From the NCBI GenBank assembly GCA_964057225.1, contig OZ059897.1, positions 4,836,001 through 4,900,000 on the forward strand: DNA of 64,000 bases, given 5' to 3'. Under the pieces are notes generated by a model. The model saw only the letters and a list, made by a program, of their open reading frames with translations. It did not search any database and was not told where the DNA came from. The stretch is from Auanema rhodensis. Taxonomy: Eukaryota; Animalia; Nematoda. Below, piece after piece: positions 56,676 to 64,000 of this stretch (positions are counted from its first letter, which is position 1; every line of letters starts with the position of its first letter). The translations under genes and the position numbers were made by a program.

Positions 56676-58083
56676 ACGTGTACATTTAATTAGCATAAAT
56701 TAAAGTTCACGTAAATTTCAAAGTCATGGTTACCATGCACCAATATCAATAAAAATTTGTTTTTAGACTAATATGGACATGGGGAATCTAATTTTGAAAA
56801 CCGCATCTCTTTATCTTTCACGTGAAGCAAGTCACATACCAAGTGCACATCACGTGCACATTTAATTAGCATAAATTAAAGTTCACGTAAATTTCAAACT
56901 CATGGTTACCATGCACCAATATCAATAAAAATTTGTTTTTAGACTAATATGGACATGGGGAATCTAATTTTGAAAACCGCATCTCTTTATCTTTCACGTG
57001 AAGTGAGTTACATACCAAGTGCACATCACGTGTACATTTAATTAGCATAAATTAAAGTTCACGTAAATTTCAAAGTCATGGTTACCATGCACCAATAACA
57101 ATAAAAATTTGTTTTTAGACTAATATGGACATGGAGAATCTAATTTTGAAAACCGCATCTCTTTATCTTTCACGTTAAGCGAGTTACATACCAAGTGCAC
57201 ATCACGTGTACATTTAATTAGCATAAATTAAAGTTCACGTAAATTTCAAAGTCATGGTTACCATGCACCAATATCAATAAAAATTTGTTTTTAGACTAAT
57301 ATGGACATGGGGAATCTAATTTTGAAAACCGCATCTCTTTATCTTTCACGTGAAGCGAGTTACATACCAAGTGCACATCACGTGAACATTTAATTAGCAT
57401 AAATTAAAGTTCACGTAAATTTCAAAGTCATGGTTACCATGCACCAATATCAATAAAAATTTGTTTTTAGACTAATATGGACATGGGGAATCTAATTTTG
57501 AAAACCGCATCTCTTTATCTTTCACGTGAAGTGAGTTACATACCAAGTGCACATCACGTGTACATTTAATTAGCATAAATTAAAGTTCACGTAAATTTCA
57601 AAGTCATGGTTACCATGCACCAATATCAATAAAAATTTGTTTTTAGACTAATATGGACATGGGGAATCTAATTTTGAAAACCGCATCTCTTTATCTTTCA
57701 CGTGAAGCGAGTTACATACCAAGTGCACATCACGTGTACATTTAATTAGCATAAATTAAAGTTCACGTAAATTTCAAAGTCATGGTTACCATGCACCAAT
57801 ATCAATAAAAATTTGTTTTTAGACTAATATGGACATGGGGAATCTAATTTTGAAAACCGCATCTCTTTATCTTTCACGTGAAGCGAGTTACATACCAAGT
57901 GCACATCACGTGTACATTTAATTAGCATAAATTAAAGTTCACGTAAATTTCAAAGTCATGGTTACCATGCACCAATATCAATAAAAATTTGTTTTTAGAC
58001 TAATATGGACATGGGGAATCTAATTTTGAAAACCGCATCTCTTTATCTTTCACGTGAAGTGAGTTACATACCAAGTGCACATC

Positions 58084-59138
58084 ACGTGTACATTTAATTA
58101 GCATAAATTAAAGTTCACGTAAATTTCAAAGTCATGGTTACCATGCACCAATATCAATAAAAATTTGTTTTTAGACTAATATGGACATGGGGAATCTAAT
58201 TTTGAAAACCGCATCTCTTTATCTTTCACGTGAAGCGAGTTACATACCAAGTGCAAATCACGTGTACATTTAATTAGCATAAATTAAAGTTCACGTAAAT
58301 TTCAAAGTCATGGTTACCATGCACCAATATCAATAAAAATTTGTTTTTAGACTAATATGGACATGGGGAAACTAATTTTGAAAACTGCATCTCTTTATCT
58401 TTCACGTGAAGCAAGTCACATACCAAGTGCACATCACGTGCACATTTAATTAGCATAAATTAAAGTTCACGTAAATTTCAAACTCATGGTTACCATGCAC
58501 CAATATCAATAAAAATTTGTTTTTAGACTAATATGGACATGGGGAATCTAATTTTGAAAACCGCATCTCTTTATCTTTCACGTGAAGTGAGTTACATACC
58601 AAGTGCACATCACGTGTACATTTAATTAGCATAAATTAAAGTTCACGTAAATTTCAAAGTCATGGTTACCATGCACCAATATCAATAAAAATTTGTTTTT
58701 AGACTAATATGGACATGGGGAATCTAATTTTGAAAACCGCATCTCTTTATCTTTCACGTGAAGCGAGTTACATACCAAGTGCAAATCACGTGTACATTTA
58801 ATTAGCATAAATTAAAGTTCACGTAAATTTCAAAGTCATGGTTACCATGCACCAATATCAATAAAAATTTGTTTTTAGACTAATATGGACATGGGGAAAC
58901 TAATTTTGAAAACTGCATCTCTTTATCTTTCACGTGAAGCAAGTCACATACCAAGTGCACATCACGTGCACATTTAATTAGCATAAATTAAAGTTCACGT
59001 AAATTTCAAACTCATGGTTACCATGCACCAATATCAATAAAAATTTGTTTTTAGACTAATATGGACATGGGGAATCTAATTTTAAAACCGCATCTCTTTA
59101 TCTTTCACGTGAAGTGAGTTACATACCAAGTGCACATC
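58084..59138. repeat. Tandem duplication of a 3-monomer block (528 bp); the last monomer (58964-59138) is 175 bp through loss of G121
   Basis: GTGCAAATC at 58256/58784 and AAAACTGC at 58386/58914; TAATTTTAAAACCG at ~59077-59090. Confidence 0.85.
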
Positions 59139-62100
59139 ACGTGTACATTTAATTAGCATAAATAAAAGTTCACGTAAATTTCAAAGTCATGGTTACCATG
59201 CACCAATATCAATAAAAATTTGTTTTTAGACTAATATGGACATGGGGAATCTAATTTTGAAAACTGCATCTCTTTATCTTTCACGTGAAGCAAGTCACAT
59301 ACCAAGTGCACATCACGTGCACATTTAATTAGCATAAATTAAAGTTCACGTAAATTTCAAACTCATGGTTACCATGCACCAATATCAATAAAAATTTGTT
59401 TTTAGACTAATATGGACATGGGGAATCTAATTTTGAAAACCGCATCTCTTTATCTTTCACGTGAAGTGAGTTACATACCAAGTGCACATCACGTGTACAT
59501 TTAATTAGCATAAATTAAAGTTCACGTAAATTTCAAAGTCATGGTTACCATGCACCAATATCAATAAAAATTTGTTTTTAGACTAATATGGACATGGGGA
59601 ATCTAATTTTGAAAACCGCATCTCTTTATCTTTCACGTGAAGCGAGTTACATACCAAGTGCACAGCACGTGTACATTTAATTAGCATAAATTAAAGTTCA
59701 CGTAAATTTCAAAGTCATGGTTACCATGCACCAATATCAATAAAAATTTGTTTTTAGACTAATATGGACATGGGGAATCTAATTTTGAAAACCGCATCTC
59801 TTTATCTTTCACGTGAAGCGAGTTACATACCAAGTGCACAGCACGTGTACATTTAATTAGCATAAATTAAAGTTCACGTAAATTTCAAAGTCATGGTTAC
59901 CATGCACCAATATCAATAAAAATTTGTTTTTAGACTAATATGGACATGGGGAATCTAATTTTGAAAACCGCATCTCTTTATCTTTCACGTGAAGCGAGTT
60001 ACATACCAAGTGCACATCACGTGTACATTTAATTAGCATAAATTAAAGTTCACGTAAATTTCAAAGTCATGGTTACCATGCACCAATATCAATAAAAATT
60101 TGTTTTTAGACTAATATGGACATGGGGAATCTAATTTTGAAAACCGCATCTCTTTATCTTTCACGTGAAGCGAGTTACATACCAAGTGCACATCACGTGT
60201 ACATTTAATTAGCATAAATTAAAGTTCACGTAAATTTCAAAGTCATGGTTACCATGCACCAATATCAATAAAAATTTGTTTTTAGACTAATATGGACATG
60301 GGGAATCTAATTTTGAAAACCGCATCTCTTTATCTTTCACGTGAAGCGAGTTACATACCAAGTGCACATCACGTGTACATTTAATTAGCATAAATTAAAG
60401 TTCACGTAAATTTCAAAGTCATGGTTACCATGCACCAATATCAATAAAAATTTGTTTTTAGACTAATATGGACATGGGGAATCTAATTTTGAAAACCGCA
60501 TCTCTTTATCTTTCACGTGAAGCGAGTTACATACCAAGTGCACATCACGTGTACATTTAATTAGCATAAATTAAAGTTCACGTAAATTTCAAAGTCATGG
60601 TTACCATGCACCAATATCAATAAAAATTTGTTTTTAGACTAATATGGACATGGGGAATCTAATTTTGAAAACCGCATCTCTTTATCTTTCACGTGAAGCG
60701 AGTTACATACCAAGTGCACATCACGTGTACATTTAATTAGCATAAATTAAAGTTCACGTAAATTTCAAAGTCATGGTTACCATGCACCAATATCAATAAA
60801 AATTTGTTTTTAGACTAATATGGACATGGGGAATCTAATTTTGAAAACCGCATCTCTTTATCTTTCACGTGAAGTGAGTTACATACCAAGTGCACATCAC
60901 GTGTACATTTAATTAGCATAAATTAAAGTTCACGTAAATTTCAAAGTCATGGTTACCATGCACCAATATCAATAAAAATTTGTTTTTAGACTAATATGGA
61001 CATGGGGAATCTAATTTTGAAAACCGCATCTCTTTATCTTTCACGTGAAGCGAGTTACATACCAAGTGCACATCACGTGTACATTTAATTAGCATAAATT
61101 AAAGTTCACGTAAATTTCAAAGTCATGGTTACCATGCACCAATATCAATAAAAATTTGTTTTTAGACTAATATGGACATGGGGAATCTAATTTTGAAAAC
61201 CGCATCTCTTTATCTTTCACGTGAAGCGAGTTACATACCAAGTGCACATCACGTGTACATTTAATTAGCATAAATTAAAGTTCACGTAAATTTCAAAGTC
61301 ATGGTTACCATGCACCAATATCAATAAAAATTTGTTTTTAGACTAATATGGACATGGGGAATCTAATTTTGAAAACCGCATCTTTTTATCTTTCACGTGA
61401 AGCGAGTTACATACCAAGTGCACATCACGTGTACATTTAATTAGCATAAATTAAAGTTCACGTAAATTTCAAAGTCATGGTTACCATGCACCAATATCAA
61501 TAAAAATTTGTTTTTAGACTAATATGGACATGGGGAATCTAATTTTGAAAACCGCATCTCTTTATCTTTCACGTGAAGCGAGTTACATACCAAGTGCACA
61601 TCACGTGTACATTTAATTAGCATAAATTAAAGTTCACGTAAATTTCAAAGTCATGGTTACCATGCACCAATATCAATAAAAATTTGTTTTTAGACTAATA
61701 TGGACATGGGGAATCTAATTTTGAAAACCGCATCTCTTTATCTTTCACGTGAAGTGAGTTACATACCAAGTGCACATCACGTGTACATTTAATTAGCATA
61801 AATTAAAGTTCACGTAAATTTCAAAGTCATGGTTACCATGCACCAATATCAATAAAAATTTGTTTTTAGACTAATATGGACATGGGGAATCTAATTTTGA
61901 AAACCGCATCTCTTTATCTTTCACGTGAAGCGAGTTACATACCAAGTGCACATCACGTGTACATTTAATTAGCATAAATTAAAGTTCACGTAAATTTCAA
62001 AGTCATGGTTACCATGCACCAATATCAATAAAAATTTGTTTTTAGACTAATATGGACATGGGGAAACTAATTTTGAAAACCGCATCTCTTTATCTTTCAC

Positions 62101-64000
62101 GTGAAGCAAGTCACATACCAAGTGCACATCACGTGCACATTTAATTAGCATAAATTAAAGTTCACGTAAATTTCAAACTCATGGTTACCATGCACCAATA
62201 TCAATAAAAATTTGTTTTTAGACTAATATGGACATGGGGAATCTAATTTTGAAAACCGCATCTCTTTATCTTTCACGTGAAGTGAGTTACATACCAAGTG
62301 CACATCACGTGTACATTTAATTAGCATAAATTAAAGTTCACGTAAATTTCAAAGTCATGGTTACCATGCACCAATAACAATAAAAATTTGTTTTTAGACT
62401 AATATGGACATGGGGAATCTAATTTTGAAAACCGCATCTCTTTATCTTTCACGTGAAGCGAGTTACATACCAAGTGCACATCACGTGTACATTTAATTAG
62501 CATAAATTAAAGTTCACGTAAATTTCAAAGTCATGGTTACCATGCACCAATATCAATAAAAATTTGTTTTTAGACTAATATGGACATGGGGAATCTAATT
62601 TTGAAAACCGCATCTCTTTATCTTTCACGTGAAGCGAGTTACATACCAAGTGCACATCACGTGTACATTTAATTAGCATAAATTAAAGTTCACGTACATT
62701 TCAAAGTCATGGTTACCATGCACCAATATCAATAAAAATTTGTTTTTAGACTAATATGGTCATGGGGAATCTAATTTTGAAAACCGCATCTCTTTATCTT
62801 TCACGTGAAGCAAGTCACATACCAAGTGCACATCACGTGCACATTTAATTAGCATAAATTAAAGTTCACGTAAATTTCAAACTCATGGTTACCATGCACC
62901 AATATCAATAAAAATTTGTTTTTAGACTAATATGGACATGGGGAAACTAATTTTGAAAACCGCATCTCTTTATCTTTCACGTGAAGCAAGTCACATACCA
63001 AGTGCACATCACGTGCACATTTAATTAGCATAAATTAAAGTTCACGTAAATTTCAAACTCATGGTTACCATGCACCAATATCAATAAAAATTTGTTTTTA
63101 GACTAATATGGACATGGGGAATCTAATTTTGAAAACCGCATCTCTTTATCTTTCACGTGAAGTGAGTTACATACCAAGTGCACATCACGTGTACATTTAA
63201 TTAGCATAAATTAAAGTTCACGTAAATTTCAAAGTCATGGTTACCATGCACCAATAACAATAAAAATTTGTTTTTAGACTAATATGGACATGGGGAATCT
63301 AATTGTGAAAACCGCATCTCTTTATCTTTCACGTGAAGCAAGTTACATACCAAGTGCACATCACGTGCACATTTAATTAGCATAAATTAAAGTTCACGTA
63401 AATTTCAAAGTCATGGTTACCATGCACCAATATCAATAAAAATTTGTTTTTAGACTAATATGGACATGGGGAATCTAATTTTGAAAACCGCATCTCTTTA
63501 TCTTTCACGTGAAGCGAGTTACATACCAAGTGCACATCACGTGAACATTTAATTAGCATAAATTAAAGTTCACGTAAATTTCAAAGTCATGGTTACCATG
63601 CACGAATATCAATAAAAATTTGTTTTTAGACTAATATGGACATGGGGAATCTAATTTTGAAAACCGTATCTCTTTATCTTTCACGTGAAGTGAGTTACAT
63701 ACCAAGTGCACATCACGTGTACATTTAATTAGCATAAATTAAAGTTCACGTAAATTTCAAAGTCATGGTTACCATGCACCAATATCAATAAAAATTTGTT
63801 TTTAGACTAATATGGACATGGGGAATCTAATTTTGAAAACCGCATCTCTTTATCTTTCACGTGAAGCAAGTTACATACCAAGTGCACATCACGTGTACAT
63901 TTAATTAGCATAAATTAAAGTTCACGTAAATTTCAAAGTCATGGTTACCATGCACCAATATCAATAAAAATTTGTTTTTAGACTAATATGGACATGGGGA

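Larger units (their letters stand above)
1..64000. repeat. 176-bp tandem satellite DNA array, ~364.6 monomers, head-to-tail, putatively centromeric/heterochromatic; continues past both window edges
   Basis: ACGTGTACATTTAATTAGC recurs at 1, 177, 881, 2641, 5281, 7921 (1+176n). Phase was tracked to 63891 with only nine length variants. The repeat call is direct; the centromeric role is inferred from monomer size and homogeneity. Confidence 0.99.

Noticed and set aside
1-64000. CRISPR array
   Set aside because: There are no unique spacers: the whole 176-bp unit repeats. No leader or cas genes are present.
1-64000. Repetitive protein-coding ORF
   Set aside because: The monomer has many stop codons on both strands (e.g. 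TAG at 16-18 in frame 1). Because 176 is not a multiple of 3, any long ORF would have to pass through all three frames. Only tiny ORFs are possible.
1-64000. A single fixed-period higher-order repeat, or an information-bearing code in the order of variants
   Set aside because: Periods vary locally (3, 5, 6, 8, 9, 10, 13, 14, 28-29, 54-56 monomers) and are explained by nested duplications and deletions.
1-64000. Transposon insertion, inversion or telomeric repeats
   Set aside because: Monomer phase is accounted for continuously from 1 to 64000, with no foreign or reverse-complement segment.
1-64000. Artefact such as a rolling-circle concatemer or synthetic repeat
   Set aside because: Hierarchically shared variants and inherited indels indicate natural evolutionary history, not copies of one template with random errors.

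Overview
The whole 64-kb window is one uninterrupted, head-to-tail, single-orientation satellite DNA array. The monomer is AT-rich (~32% GC by my count) and 176 bp long. Consensus from position 1: ACGTGTACATTTAATTAGCATAAATTAAAGTTCACGTAAATTTCAAAGTCATGGTTACCATGCACCAATATCAATAAAAATTTGTTTTTAGACTAATATGGACATGGGGAATCTAATTTTGAAAACCGCATCTCTTTATCTTTCACGTGAAGCGAGTTACATACCAAGTGCACATC. By phase counting there are 364 complete monomers (355 x 176 bp, 4 x 175 bp, 5 x 142 bp) plus a 110-bp partial monomer at the end. Copies usually differ from the consensus by 0-4 substitutions. I see no genes, RNA genes, transposon insertions, inversions or CRISPR spacers. The nucleosome-sized monomer, high homogeneity and local higher-order duplications are typical of a eukaryotic centromeric or heterochromatic satellite, but I cannot assign it to a named family or organism. 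The notable structure is internal: (i) three CACGT/E-box cores phased 32-33 bp apart plus several dyad symmetries per monomer; (ii) one CpG with both deamination alleles while the CACGT CpGs show no transitions; (iii) a five-copy 34-bp deletion lineage; (iv) a patchwork of 3- to ~80-monomer duplications with a variant-domain switch near 13.6 kb. I found no protein-coding system and do not claim one.
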